Shown: positions 37,055 through 47,286 of the stretch, piece after piece
Layout: every line of letters begins with the position of its first letter
Position numbering within the stretch: position 1 is the first letter of the stretch
DNA from: an uncultured Candidatus Bathyarchaeia archaeon
Lineage (GTDB): Archaea; Thermoproteota; Bathyarchaeia; 40CM-2-53-6
DNA length: 64,000 nt
Direction of reading: 5' to 3'
Assembly: GCA_964559555.1 (NCBI GenBank)
Contig: CAZLHM010000002.1
Span: 12,238 to 76,237 of the forward strand
Notes under the pieces: model-generated
Told to the model about the DNA's origin: nothing
Database searches by the model: none
Seen by the model: the letters and a program-made list of their open reading frames with translations, nothing else
Position numbers and translations under genes: made by a program

Positions 37055-37292
37055 ACTAGTTGCCCCCCAGAGATCGCTAGTCCGCACTGTTCGAGAATAG
37101 TCGAGCACGAGCCTTTTCAGCGGGGCATCCTTCCCAGGAGTCTTCAGCGAGGAATTCGTTCCTGTCACGACGCATTGGACACTCGATCTCTACAATCGTC
37201 CATGCATGGTCACACCGTGAGCATGATCCGAGAGATTCGATTCATCTGGCAATTCTTATTACAGGAGTACCCCAGACTACGCCGCGATTATC

Positions 37293-38627
37293 ATGGACAA
37301 ACTGGCGATTCTTGGCGGACAGAAAGCTGTTGAAAAATCTACACTGAACTGGCCCGAAGATTTTCTGAAGATTCACGGCGAAGAGGAGATAGGCGCGCTT
37401 ACGAGGGTGATAAGAAGCGGAGTTGTTTGGGGAGCCTTCGCGTCGGAAGTCACAGCGTTTGAAAGGGAATTCGCGCAGTACATAGGAACAACTCATGCAA
37501 TAGCAACAAACAGCGGAGCAGCCGCGCTGCACTCAGCAATGGCGGCCGCGGGAGTCGGCCCAGCGACAGAAATCATCACGAGTCCTCACACGTTCATTGC
37601 ATCTGCCACGAGCGTGATGCATCACAACGGCGTTCCGGTCTTCGCGGACATAGATCCGAAGACCTACAACATTGATCCTGAGAAGATAGAGGAGAGAATA
37701 ACTAAGAACACGAAAGCGATCGAACCAGTCCACATATGCGGTCTACCGGCTGACATGGATAGGATCGGGAAGATCGCGGATTCCCACGGACTGGTCGTCA
37801 TTGAAGATGCCTGCCAAGCTCATGGGGCAACATACGGGGGCAAGAAGGTAGGCGCGATAGGCGACATGGCTGCGTTCAGCCTGAATGGAGCCAAGAACAT
37901 GATGAGTGGCGAAGGTGGAGTCTTCACAACCAATAGCGACGAGTACGCTGCCCGTGTTGCGCGGGTCAGAATCTTTGGGGAGGACATCAGGCCAAATACG
38001 CCAAGGGAGTACAAGTCGGCGGAGATGGGATGGAATTATCGTATGTGTGAATTGAATGCAGCCATCGCGAGAGTCCAACTTGCTAGGTTGGACGCAACTA
38101 ATCGTGTAAGGATTGAGAACGCCGAGTATCTCACTCACAAACTTGAACGGACAGCTGGTTTCATTCCACCATATATTCCACAGGATCGGACCAGTGTTTA
38201 TCACTACTACAAAATACGAGTCGATCCAAGTGCGCTAGACGTGAAGATGTCGGGGCATCAATTGCGAGACCGAGTTGTGGCTGCTCTGACCGCAGAGGGA
38301 GTAAAGGCGGCTGTTTGGTGCCGTGAGCCGATCTACAAGCAACCACTCTTCAAGACGCTGGACGGCTACGGTCTCGGATGCCCATGGAGATGTCCTCACG
38401 CAACAAGGAAGATTGAGTACAAGGATGGGGACTGTCCAATCGCCGAAAGAATCAGCGACGAGACATTCAACATCCAGGTCCACCCACCCAATGATCTCGA
38501 ACTGATGAAGCAGTATGCCACTGCATTCGAAAAAGTCTCAGCGAATGCATCGGAATTAGTTGAGATCAAGCTGCCGAGGTGGGAGAAGTGGTGGGGTGGA
38601 TATATTCCCGTTGAGCCCATAAGCTAG
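37293..38627 (+). CDS. DegT/DnrJ/EryC1-family PLP-dependent aminotransferase
   Basis: N-terminus LAILGGQKAVEK. Internal ...IEDACQAHGA... and ...SLNGAKN... (Lys) are typical of DegT. 444 aa. Confidence 0.65.
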   Translation: MDKLAILGGQKAVEKSTLNWPEDFLKIHGEEEIGALTRVIRSGVVWGAFASEVTAFEREFAQYIGTTHAIATNSGAAALHSAMAAAGVGPATEIITSPHTFIASATSVMHHNGVPVFADIDPKTYNIDPEKIEERITKNTKAIEPVHICGLPADMDRIGKIADSHGLVVIEDACQAHGATYGGKKVGAIGDMAAFSLNGAKNMMSGEGGVFTTNSDEYAARVARVRIFGEDIRPNTPREYKSAEMGWNYRMCELNAAIARVQLARLDATNRVRIENAEYLTHKLERTAGFIPPYIPQDRTSVYHYYKIRVDPSALDVKMSGHQLRDRVVAALTAEGVKAAVWCREPIYKQPLFKTLDGYGLGCPWRCPHATRKIEYKDGDCPIAERISDETFNIQVHPPNDLELMKQYATAFEKVSANASELVEIKLPRWEKWWGGYIPVEPIS

Positions 38628-38742
38628 CTGCGGCCGTCGTCGCGCACTGTGATATTCCCCGAATTGATCTACACGGTCTCCTCCACGAGAGCTCGAAGTC
38701 TTATAGTCAAAGGCTCCAGCCTATGGAAGGTGTTTTCCAAGA

Positions 38743-39930
38743 ATGGGTCTACCCGTTCCTCTGGGCGAGTATCGTGAACGTATTGTGAAGTGTCAAAGGA
38801 CAGCGGAGAATGAAGGTCTCGACGCAATCCTAGCGATCTCACGATCGCCTGACCGTCCGGGACATGTGCGATACCTCTCCAACTACTACAATCCCGTCTC
38901 CTACAATCCATCGACAAACGTCTCCCTTGGGCTTGGTTATTCCGCTGTATTGATCCCACGCGATCAAGATGCCGTTCTCATAGTAGGATTTCCTCCGGAG
39001 GAAAGCGGACAAGAAGTAGCGGTGCAGGATGTTAGGCCCTTTCCTTTCATGTCCAATCTTGCGGTGTCAGTCTCCGAGGTTGTGAAGAGTAAGGGCCTTC
39101 AAGGGTCGGCAATCGGGATCGCAGGACAGGATGTTCTCTCAGCGCAAGCATACGTGGATCTCACTGCTCGACTTCCCTCGGCGAGACTTGTGAATGCAGA
39201 TCATATCGTCGAAGACCTGCGAATGATCAAGAGCGAGAACGAGATCAAGCTCATGCAGCAGACAGGAAAGCTTGCAGACCGGGCAATAGAATGCGCACTA
39301 GCCAACTCAAAAGCCGGCAAGAGGGAGGCTGAGCTCGCTGGAAGCATTGCGAAGTATCTGGTTGACAACGGAGCTGAGCGTGTATTCTGGATTGATGTTA
39401 AGTCAGGTCCTCGTCTTCGTTACCCGATCACTTGGCCGATGGCTTCGGACAGGAGAATGAGGAAAGGAGACTTGGTGTTCTTCGATATTGGCGCGGCTGA
39501 CAAGAATGGGTACCTTCTTGATGTGTCGAGGACTGTGGTCCTGGGCAAACCCACCAGAGAACAGAGGGAGCTGCTAGCACTGACGTACGACATGAGCCGC
39601 GAGGTTGTCAAAGCCTGCAAACCTGGCGTTATGGCGAATGAACTGATAACGATCGCCCAAGACTACGTCAGGCGAGAGACCAATGCTCGGGTGTTGAGAA
39701 TCAGGCCCGACATTGATTCGATCACATATGGAGGTCACGGACTAGGGTTTGAAGTAGAGCGGCCTCAGCTCACCCCTGAGCATACGGACGAACTGAGAGA
39801 GAACATGGTCCTATCTCCCGAGCCTGGGATTATTGTACCAAGGTTGGGGAGCGCAGCCTTCGAAGAGAACATTGTCGTTACGAGTGATGGCGGCAAGCCG
39901 CTAACCAAGAAATTGGACAGGATCTGGTGA
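38743..39930 (+). CDS. M24-family metallopeptidase (creatinase/Xaa-Pro dipeptidase-like)
   Basis: Creatinase-N-like N-terminus plus C-terminal pita-bread domain (VFFDIGAADKNGYLLDVSRT...HGLGFEVE). Confidence 0.65.
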   Translation: MGLPVPLGEYRERIVKCQRTAENEGLDAILAISRSPDRPGHVRYLSNYYNPVSYNPSTNVSLGLGYSAVLIPRDQDAVLIVGFPPEESGQEVAVQDVRPFPFMSNLAVSVSEVVKSKGLQGSAIGIAGQDVLSAQAYVDLTARLPSARLVNADHIVEDLRMIKSENEIKLMQQTGKLADRAIECALANSKAGKREAELAGSIAKYLVDNGAERVFWIDVKSGPRLRYPITWPMASDRRMRKGDLVFFDIGAADKNGYLLDVSRTVVLGKPTREQRELLALTYDMSREVVKACKPGVMANELITIAQDYVRRETNARVLRIRPDIDSITYGGHGLGFEVERPQLTPEHTDELRENMVLSPEPGIIVPRLGSAAFEENIVVTSDGGKPLTKKLDRIW

Positions 39931-40007
39931 CGATTGCACCTCGACATTCTCCAGTTGAGTAATAGTTCTTAGGACACCAACAGGGCCAGTCGTGCAAGTG
40001 GCAGACT

Positions 40008-40979
40008 CTAAGGAGGATAGCCAAGAGTATAGATGTGCTTGCCTCCCTTGAGTGGCCCCTTGATCACAGCTTCTATGTCCTCTTTCTTTCTCTGCGTAAC
40101 TTCCTCGATCGGTGGAAGCTGTCCAGCAGGGAACCTCTCCATAATAGCGTCATGAAGTTCCACCATGTAGTCAAGCAGGGATTCAACGCCCTTGAACGCC
40201 TTTTGTGCCCTTCCGAGTGTGGCTTTGCCAACGACTCCTGCAGGGTATGCGAATATCTCCATCGGTCCGAGTCCAACTTGCCCATACCAGTTGATAGGTT
40301 TCTGGTACATGTTGCCTGCCTTGTCAACGTGCCTCCCCTGATCCCGAAGGAAGCCATACGGTTTCGTATCTACGGCCTTCTCCATTTTGAACATCTCGGG
40401 AAACAGGGCGAGACTGAAAGATGTCTCAACTTCATCAGCATGTATGAACGGAGTCTCAAAGGGACCTTCGTGATCTCTATCCTTCACCCATTGCGGAATG
40501 GCGTGATACCAGTTCAGATTCACGAAGACGCCCGGGACTTGATACTTCTTGGCGAATTGGTGAATCGCTGATGGTATCACGTACTCCTGTCCGTGACCAT
40601 TCAGAAGAATCTGTTTCCTGAAACCCGTATTCCAAAGCCCGGCTATGATTGCTCTCAGAGTGGCCTTGAAGTCATCATCGTCCACAATCACTGTGCCAGG
40701 CATTCCCAAGTGATGGTACGGATGGGATCCGTACCAGTATGGCTGAGCTACTGTGCAACCGGTCTTCTGGGCCACCAACTCCGCCATTCTCGTTACGAGG
40801 AATGTGTCTTCGCCAAGCGGTGCGTGGGGTCCGTGAGCTTCAGTCGACCCAACGGGCACAATGATCAAATCGTTCTCTGTGAGACGCTCTTCGACGTCAG
40901 ACATAGTCATGTTTTGGAGGTAGATCTTGGATGGTTTCTCCATGTGACCTTCATGAGGTGGTAGCTTCCAATTCCCCAT
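40008..40979 (-). CDS. creatininase-family amidohydrolase
   Basis: IIVPVGSTEAHGPHAPLGEDT is the creatininase-family metal-binding signature. Start moved to MGNWKL. Confidence 0.7.
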   Translation of the reverse strand: MGNWKLPPHEGHMEKPSKIYLQNMTMSDVEERLTENDLIIVPVGSTEAHGPHAPLGEDTFLVTRMAELVAQKTGCTVAQPYWYGSHPYHHLGMPGTVIVDDDDFKATLRAIIAGLWNTGFRKQILLNGHGQEYVIPSAIHQFAKKYQVPGVFVNLNWYHAIPQWVKDRDHEGPFETPFIHADEVETSFSLALFPEMFKMEKAVDTKPYGFLRDQGRHVDKAGNMYQKPINWYGQVGLGPMEIFAYPAGVVGKATLGRAQKAFKGVESLLDYMVELHDAIMERFPAGQLPPIEEVTQRKKEDIEAVIKGPLKGGKHIYTLGYPP

Positions 40980-41131
40980 CCTTTTACCTCGGTGGTTCTC
41001 ATGCACCATCAGAAGTCGTATTAATGTTCTGTGTCCGATAGTCACGGCTTGATAGTGCGAGGATACGAATGCCAAGTCAGCTGAGTGTCCACGCAAGTCG
41101 TTTTATCGCCGATCGCTCTCTGAGTGAGAAC

Positions 41132-41938
41132 ATGTCGAAGCTGAAGCTTGCTGTGGCTTTCCCACTAGTCGGCAAATCAGAGTTCAAGTACGAAGGTCTT
41201 CTCAGACGAATGAAACGCGCGGCGAGGAATCAATTCGATGGTGTCGAATTGCATATCGATCAACCACGAAACGCTGACACAAAGAGAATCAAGAATCTGG
41301 CACGAACAGCGAAGCTAGAAATAGCCGCTATAGGTACGGGCATGACATACACGAAGTATGGGCTGAGCCTTCTCGACGATAGAATCGAAATTCGACGAGC
41401 CGCGTACGAAACGACAAGACAGTACATCAAACTTGGATCTGAGCTCGGTGCTGGCGTAGTGCTTGCTTTGATACGAGGCAGATATTCGGCAAGATCAGGA
41501 AGAGCAAAGGCGGAAGAGAGGTTGTCACGTGTACTGCGAGTTCTCGCCCTGTATGCTGAAACGAGAAAAGTCAGCCTGTTCTTGGAACCAATCAATCGCT
41601 ACGAACTCAATCTGATACACACGCTTACAGAGGCAACAGAAATGATCAAGAAATCCGGCGCATCAGGAATCAGGATTCTCGCGGACACCTTCCACATGAA
41701 CATAGAAGAAAGCTCATTCGTGAAGGCTATTCGAGCCTCTGGCCGGCACATTGGACATGTACACCTTGCCGACTGCAACCGAGGCGCACCCGGCCAAGGA
41801 CACATCGATTTTCGAGGAATCCTCAACGCGCTGAAAGCATCGGGATATGCAGGTTGGGTGAGCGCAGAGATAGTCTTCAAACCAGATGAGGCAAGGGCCC
41901 TCGCGCAGACAAGTAGGACAGTTCGTCCTCTCTTGTGA
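41132..41938 (+). CDS. sugar-phosphate isomerase/epimerase-like TIM-barrel protein
   Basis: LADTFHMNIEE...HVHLADCNRGAPGQGHIDF. Xylose-isomerase-like fold. Confidence 0.6.
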   Translation: MSKLKLAVAFPLVGKSEFKYEGLLRRMKRAARNQFDGVELHIDQPRNADTKRIKNLARTAKLEIAAIGTGMTYTKYGLSLLDDRIEIRRAAYETTRQYIKLGSELGAGVVLALIRGRYSARSGRAKAEERLSRVLRVLALYAETRKVSLFLEPINRYELNLIHTLTEATEMIKKSGASGIRILADTFHMNIEESSFVKAIRASGRHIGHVHLADCNRGAPGQGHIDFRGILNALKASGYAGWVSAEIVFKPDEARALAQTSRTVRPLL

Positions 41939-42041
41939 GCTGCATGATTCGCCTGAGTCTCATGTTGAATGCGAACAGCACATGTTTCTACGAAAACCTC
42001 ACATACGGTCAATCTCGTAACGAAGAGAGATCGAGTGATCT

Positions 42042-43031
42042 GTGGTGGACAAAGTAGGCGTTGCCATCATAGGAGCCGGATACGCGGGGCTAATGCATGC
42101 TGAAGCAGTCTCGAAAGACGAACGCGCAGAACTACTTGCTCTTGCCGATCCCATGAAGCCAGCCGTCCTTTCGTTTACGTCAAGGTATCGCATCAAGGGA
42201 TATACTGACTATCACGAGATGATCGACAGTCCCGAAGTGGACGCAGTCATCATAGCGTCTCCCAATGCGTTCCATGCGGAGCAGGCGCTCTATGCGGTAT
42301 CGAAGTCGAAAGCAGTATTCTCTGAGAAGCCAATGGCGATAGCTCTGAGTGATGCTCGCAGAATAGTCGAGGAAGTCTCAAGACAGAAGACCATATACCA
42401 GTTTGGCTTGACTCGTCGGTTCTGGCCCGTCTACAAGTTTGTCAAGGACCTAATCGATAATGGGAAGCTCGTTCCCTACCTAGCAGACATAAAGATGGCA
42501 CGTGGGGACCTCTCGAGACCTTCTTGGGTCAAAGACGAGTCAATCTCGGGTGGTTTCCTCCGTGAGAGCGTAATTCACGTGTTAGATCTCTCAAGGTGGT
42601 TACTCGGAGACATGGTCGAAGTCAGATGTGTGGCAAGGAAGAACGTCTATACGCAATTGGACGATTTCGCGATCACAACCCTGCACAAAGGCAATAGAGT
42701 CGCAACGGTCACCTCTTCGGGCCATGCTTCATGGGCATTTCCATTTGAACGCGTAGAGCTCTTCGGCGATCACTGCTGCGTAATGACCGAGGAATCCACT
42801 CGAGTCTTGTTCTCGCCTAGAAATGAAGCAGAGATGACCGTCAAGGACTATTCGCAACTGCCCAAACTCGCCCAATTGGGCTTCCTAGAAGAGGATCACG
42901 AATTCATCTCATCTGTCGTCAACCGCATGAAGCCGCCAGTGACTGAGAAGGATGCTCTTTCAGCAATGGAAATCGTCTCCGCATGCTATGAATCAGCCGA
43001 AACCGATAGACCCGTGAGACTTGAATCGTGA
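42042..43031 (+). CDS. Gfo/Idh/MocA-family NAD(P)-dependent oxidoreductase
   Basis: N-terminal GVAIIGAGYAG Rossmann. ...EKPMA... motif. Confidence 0.75.
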   Translation: MVDKVGVAIIGAGYAGLMHAEAVSKDERAELLALADPMKPAVLSFTSRYRIKGYTDYHEMIDSPEVDAVIIASPNAFHAEQALYAVSKSKAVFSEKPMAIALSDARRIVEEVSRQKTIYQFGLTRRFWPVYKFVKDLIDNGKLVPYLADIKMARGDLSRPSWVKDESISGGFLRESVIHVLDLSRWLLGDMVEVRCVARKNVYTQLDDFAITTLHKGNRVATVTSSGHASWAFPFERVELFGDHCCVMTEESTRVLFSPRNEAEMTVKDYSQLPKLAQLGFLEEDHEFISSVVNRMKPPVTEKDALSAMEIVSACYESAETDRPVRLES

Positions 43032-43046
43032 CCCGGTGACTGGATT

Positions 43047-44201
43047 TTGGACTCGCGAGAAAGAGTTCTAACAGCTCTAGATCATCAAGAGGCAGATCGA
43101 GTACCAATAGACCTAGGAGGGACAATCTGTTCGGGGATACACAGAGTTGCGTACGAGAAGGTGACCAGGCATCTTGGGCTTAGTACCGATACGAGCATAG
43201 TCGATCTTGTACAGCAGTTGGCAGCCCCAAGCGAGGAAATCCTTCAGCGATTCAGCTCTGATTTCAGACCTGTCTACATGAGGCCTCCGAAGACATGGAC
43301 CTTTCAAGAGCACATGGATGAAACCGGGCGTCCGTACTTCACAGACGAATGGGGAATCAAATGGGGCAAGAACCCATACTACTACGACATGATAGATCAT
43401 CCCTTGAAGCAGCCAGACATCAAAGCGATCGAGAAACATCCGTGGCCAGATGCCAACGCCCCTGGTAGACTGGACGGAGTAAGAGAAGAGGCAAGGAAAC
43501 TCCGCAGAGAGACAGACTACGCAATAGTCGCTGGCATTTCAGGACCGGTCGCCGCCGGGCTTTTCGAACAAGCTTGGTTCATGAGGGGCTTCCAGAATTT
43601 CATGACAGACATGATGATCAGGCCTGAGTTTACGAACCGCCTCTTGGACAGAATACAAGATGTGCACATTGATTTCTACGAGAAATACTTGGATGCCGTT
43701 GGTGAACATGTGGATATCATAGAATGGGGAGACGACTATGGGATGCAGACTGGTCCCTTGCTGTCTCCAGCATTGTTCACGAAATACTTCAAACATAGAG
43801 ACAAGGAATTCCTTGATTTCGTGAAGAGCAAGACTGATGCAAAGATATTCTGGCACACTTGTGGGTCCGTCTATCCATTCATCAACGACCTAGTTGAGGC
43901 TGGTGTTGACATATTGAACCCAGTCCAGCCGCTAGCTGCGAACATGGATCACGGAAAGCTGAAGGCGGAATTTGGTGGTCGTCTTTGCTTCCACGGGGGA
44001 CTTGACATTCAGAAGACACTCCCACGTGGCTCACAAGAAGAGGTCGCAAGAGGTGTCAAGGCAGTGTTGAAGAATCTAGCTACCAAGGGCGGCTATGTTT
44101 TCGCCTCTGCTCACAACATCCAAGCGGATGTTCCGCCGGAAAACATCATCGCAATGTTTGAGGCAGCTAGGGAATACGGACAATACCCCTTTGATTTCTA
44201 G
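43047..44201 (+). CDS. uroporphyrinogen-decarboxylase (URO-D)-like protein (MtaA/CmuA-type methyltransferase-like)
   Basis: N-terminus RERVLTALDHQEADRVPI. Length 384 aa. Overall URO-D fold pattern. Confidence 0.55.
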   Translation: MDSRERVLTALDHQEADRVPIDLGGTICSGIHRVAYEKVTRHLGLSTDTSIVDLVQQLAAPSEEILQRFSSDFRPVYMRPPKTWTFQEHMDETGRPYFTDEWGIKWGKNPYYYDMIDHPLKQPDIKAIEKHPWPDANAPGRLDGVREEARKLRRETDYAIVAGISGPVAAGLFEQAWFMRGFQNFMTDMMIRPEFTNRLLDRIQDVHIDFYEKYLDAVGEHVDIIEWGDDYGMQTGPLLSPALFTKYFKHRDKEFLDFVKSKTDAKIFWHTCGSVYPFINDLVEAGVDILNPVQPLAANMDHGKLKAEFGGRLCFHGGLDIQKTLPRGSQEEVARGVKAVLKNLATKGGYVFASAHNIQADVPPENIIAMFEAAREYGQYPFDF

Positions 44202-44356
44202 CGAAGATAAGAATACCCAATGATGCGACTCCATGAGCAATGTCTGCGTAGATTGTTGAACTAGTTCAGAGAGCAGCAACTTACAGAAGCTCTTCTACCT
44301 GACGCCGACAGCATTTTATAACAAATCATGGTCGGAGCTCAGAATGGTGCACTCAT

Positions 44357-45169
44357 GTGAAGGTCAAAGTCGCCGCGGTCCTGCCGCTAACCAGATCGAT
44401 TGATGAAGAAAACATTCCCAGAGCTGTAGAATATCTCAACGAGGCCGTTCAGCAGGGAGCGAAGATTGTCTGCTTTCCAGAAGACTACCTCTATTCTGAT
44501 ACCGCAAGGCTCCCCAATTCAAACATTGAGTCTTATCCCGGCGTGAGGGTGCTCCGAGACAAAGCAAAGGAAAGTCGCGTGTATGTGATACCGGGCACAA
44601 TGGCAGAGAAGGCTGAAGGCGGTGGTTTCTACAACACTGCGCTCTTGGTAGACCCAAATGGAGAGGTGGTCGGCAAGTACAGGAAGACCCATCTTGCGGT
44701 GGGCGAAGCGAGAGTACCTGGCGGCAAAGAAGAAGTCCGAAAGCTATTCAGAACAGAATACGGTAATGTTGGGATTCATATCTGCTATGAGATCTGTTTT
44801 CCGGAAGTCGCGAGAATAACCGCTCTTGTAGGCGCTGACATGATATTTTGGCCGTGCGGCGGCAAGTACTACGAGATACGGGAGACATGGCGGCACATGG
44901 TGATTGCACGAGCGATCGAGAACTTGACATACGTGATCAGTTGCTCGAACCTCTTTGGGATGGAGCGAGGAATAGCGGTAATCGCTGGACCCGAGGATGT
45001 TCTGGCCGAGAGAGACAGCGAGGGCGTGATAACCGCAACTCTGGACATCGATCGCATCCACTGGCTTAGGTCTACTCCAGAATCCTACGATGTCCCAAAG
45101 CCATTCAAATGCGTGCCAGGGACACTGATGCACCGCCGTCCCGAGCTCTATCAGAGTCTGACCGAATAG
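44357..45169 (+). CDS. carbon-nitrogen hydrolase (nitrilase superfamily), paralog of 26531..27376
   Basis: IVCFPEDY (Glu) and HICYEICFPE (Cys). C-terminal FKCVPGTLMHRRPELYQSLTE is nearly identical in pattern to the paralog's C-terminus. Confidence 0.75.
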   Translation: MKVKVAAVLPLTRSIDEENIPRAVEYLNEAVQQGAKIVCFPEDYLYSDTARLPNSNIESYPGVRVLRDKAKESRVYVIPGTMAEKAEGGGFYNTALLVDPNGEVVGKYRKTHLAVGEARVPGGKEEVRKLFRTEYGNVGIHICYEICFPEVARITALVGADMIFWPCGGKYYEIRETWRHMVIARAIENLTYVISCSNLFGMERGIAVIAGPEDVLAERDSEGVITATLDIDRIHWLRSTPESYDVPKPFKCVPGTLMHRRPELYQSLTE

Positions 45170-45221
45170 ACACTCAAACGTCGAAGGGCTCTGTCCTCAC
45201 TTGCAAGCGGCGGCTATGGAT

Positions 45222-46409
45222 TCAGACCTCGTACCTGTAGGTGTTCAGGAGTTCACCGCCTCTCTTTGTCACTAGCATGAGGTCCTCAAACCTGGAACCG
45301 CCGAGGCCGGGCACTAGGATCCAGGGCTCGATCGAGATCACCATTCCCTCTTTCAGCTCCATGTTAGCCCCCGGAACATACCATAGGCTCTCCATGTCCA
45401 GCCCCATTCCATGTCCAATGAACATCACAGGAGAAGGGCGCGCGATGCTGTACTCACCTGAATCCATCTTTTTCGTCACAAAGTCATTGGTGCTTTGCAT
45501 CCAGTCAGTTCCCTTCAGACCAGCTGCGCCGATCTCAGCCACAAAATCCGTCGTTTCACGTCCAAGCCGGACAAGATCACGCTTAGGCTGAGATGCTCTG
45601 CCAGCTATTGTCGTTCTAGCGACATCGAAGAAGTAGCCGTTCTCATCTTGACCCCCTAGGTCAATCATTACCATATCATCTTCTCGAATGACCCTGTCTC
45701 CAGCCATGGGCCATGCGATAACGAGTTCACTGTTCGGTCCCGACTGAACATCGTTGAAGAGCACACGTTCCGCTCCCTCTCGGAGCATTGTTGCCGCCGC
45801 TACTGCAGCAATATCTCGTTCCCTCACGCCGGGCTTTACGGCTTCGACTGCTGCTTTGAGTGCCCTATCTGACAGATCTGCGGTCTTCCTCATCAGCTCA
45901 ATCTCATTGTTGCTCTTCACTTGGCGCAATTCTTCGATGATGTAGTCTGCATACGCGAATTGGACCCGTGGGAGTCCCTCCTCTATGAGTCTCATCAGAT
46001 AGGCGGCGACTATATCCTCACCCCCAACTCCAATCCTTGCGTGATCAAGCCCTTTCTCTTTGACAACGTTGACGACAGCCTCCACGATATCGGTTTCATA
46101 GTTCCTAACATCTCTGATTGTGATCTCGAATTCTGTGAACGGCACCTCAGCCTTCAGGAGTACAGGTTCACCGTAGGTCGGAATCAGAACGCACGAGTCA
46201 GCCATCCCCCTCCTGAGAGGTTGCCCGGGAAGACTGGACGCATTGAAGGAGCAGGGGGCGTAGTAGTTAGAGAGATACCTAACATGTCCGGGTCTATCTG
46301 GTGAGTGTGAGAAGACCACCAACGCATGAAAGCCGGCCTGCTTCGCCAACTTTCTGCATCTCTCAACTCTCTCCCTGTATTCACTTAACGGCACCGGAAG
46401 CCTTACCAT
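45222..46409 (-). CDS. M24-family metallopeptidase (creatinase/prolidase-like), paralog of 38743..39930
   Basis: N-terminus VRLPVPLSEYRERVERCRKLAKQAGFHALVVFSHSPDRPGHVRYLSNYYAP is about 60% identical to the paralog's. Start moved to MVRLPV. Confidence 0.65.
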   Translation of the reverse strand: MVRLPVPLSEYRERVERCRKLAKQAGFHALVVFSHSPDRPGHVRYLSNYYAPCSFNASSLPGQPLRRGMADSCVLIPTYGEPVLLKAEVPFTEFEITIRDVRNYETDIVEAVVNVVKEKGLDHARIGVGGEDIVAAYLMRLIEEGLPRVQFAYADYIIEELRQVKSNNEIELMRKTADLSDRALKAAVEAVKPGVRERDIAAVAAATMLREGAERVLFNDVQSGPNSELVIAWPMAGDRVIREDDMVMIDLGGQDENGYFFDVARTTIAGRASQPKRDLVRLGRETTDFVAEIGAAGLKGTDWMQSTNDFVTKKMDSGEYSIARPSPVMFIGHGMGLDMESLWYVPGANMELKEGMVISIEPWILVPGLGGSRFEDLMLVTKRGGELLNTYRYEV

Positions 46410-46434
46410 CTCAAATTCCTCCTTTCTATGCAAC

Positions 46435-47286
46435 TCAACTCCAGAAGAAAGTGTACGCGTGGCCGTAACCAAGAATCCACAACGCGACAAACGCTCCAGT
46501 CACCGATAGCACATATGCCAGAAACAGGAAATCACGCAGCTTGAATCTGTATTCCCGAAATATCGTGCGCTTCGGGGCTGCCCCAAAGCAGCGTGACTCC
46601 ATTACAATGGACATCTTGTTGATCATGTCTATTGAGAGCAACAGAACTGGAACGAACATGCCGACATAGGCTTTGAGTTTCTCTGCAAAGCTTCCTCGTT
46701 CGTATCCTTTGAAGCCCTTGACCTTCTGAGCATTCATCACAGAGAATACATTGTCTTCTACGGTTGGGATGTATCTGATAGTCATCGCAAACATATAGGA
46801 TAGGTATGTTGGGATTCCCCACTTCTCGAGGCTGTTTCCAACGTCCCTCGGGAAGGACGTTCCTGTAAAGATGAGCAATGACAGCAGCATGTTGAGTATC
46901 CTGATTCCATAGTTCACGCCGAGCAGTGCGCCATAGGTCGTCACCGGAAACGGGCCAAGCCAGAACAAGAGTCCAACGTCGACTCCTTGTCTAACAAGCT
47001 CAGGATAGTCACCCGCGGGTAACCTGAAAACGGCGTTCGCTGGAACAAGAAGAGCAAACGTCAGTATTATGCCAGTCAAGAAGAGCTTGTTCCTCAACTC
47101 GGGTCGAGCAAGGATCTTGGAAATGATCAGAAGCGGCACAACAAGGCTGAGGGTTATTGCAAGCTGATATGTGTAGTCAGAGAATAATATCGCGATTACA
47201 AGCACGGCTGTCATGTAAATTGCCTTGCTTCTCGGGTCGAGTCTATGCATGAGCGTGGTGCCTGTGTAGTCTCTGAATAGTACCAT
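46435..47286 (-). CDS. ecfT: ECF transporter transmembrane (T) component (EcfT/CbiQ)
   Basis: Polytopic membrane protein of about 283 aa immediately downstream of a duplicated ABC ATPase. Typical EcfT layout. Confidence 0.65.
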   Translation of the reverse strand: MVLFRDYTGTTLMHRLDPRSKAIYMTAVLVIAILFSDYTYQLAITLSLVVPLLIISKILARPELRNKLFLTGIILTFALLVPANAVFRLPAGDYPELVRQGVDVGLLFWLGPFPVTTYGALLGVNYGIRILNMLLSLLIFTGTSFPRDVGNSLEKWGIPTYLSYMFAMTIRYIPTVEDNVFSVMNAQKVKGFKGYERGSFAEKLKAYVGMFVPVLLLSIDMINKMSIVMESRCFGAAPKRTIFREYRFKLRDFLFLAYVLSVTGAFVALWILGYGHAYTFFWS

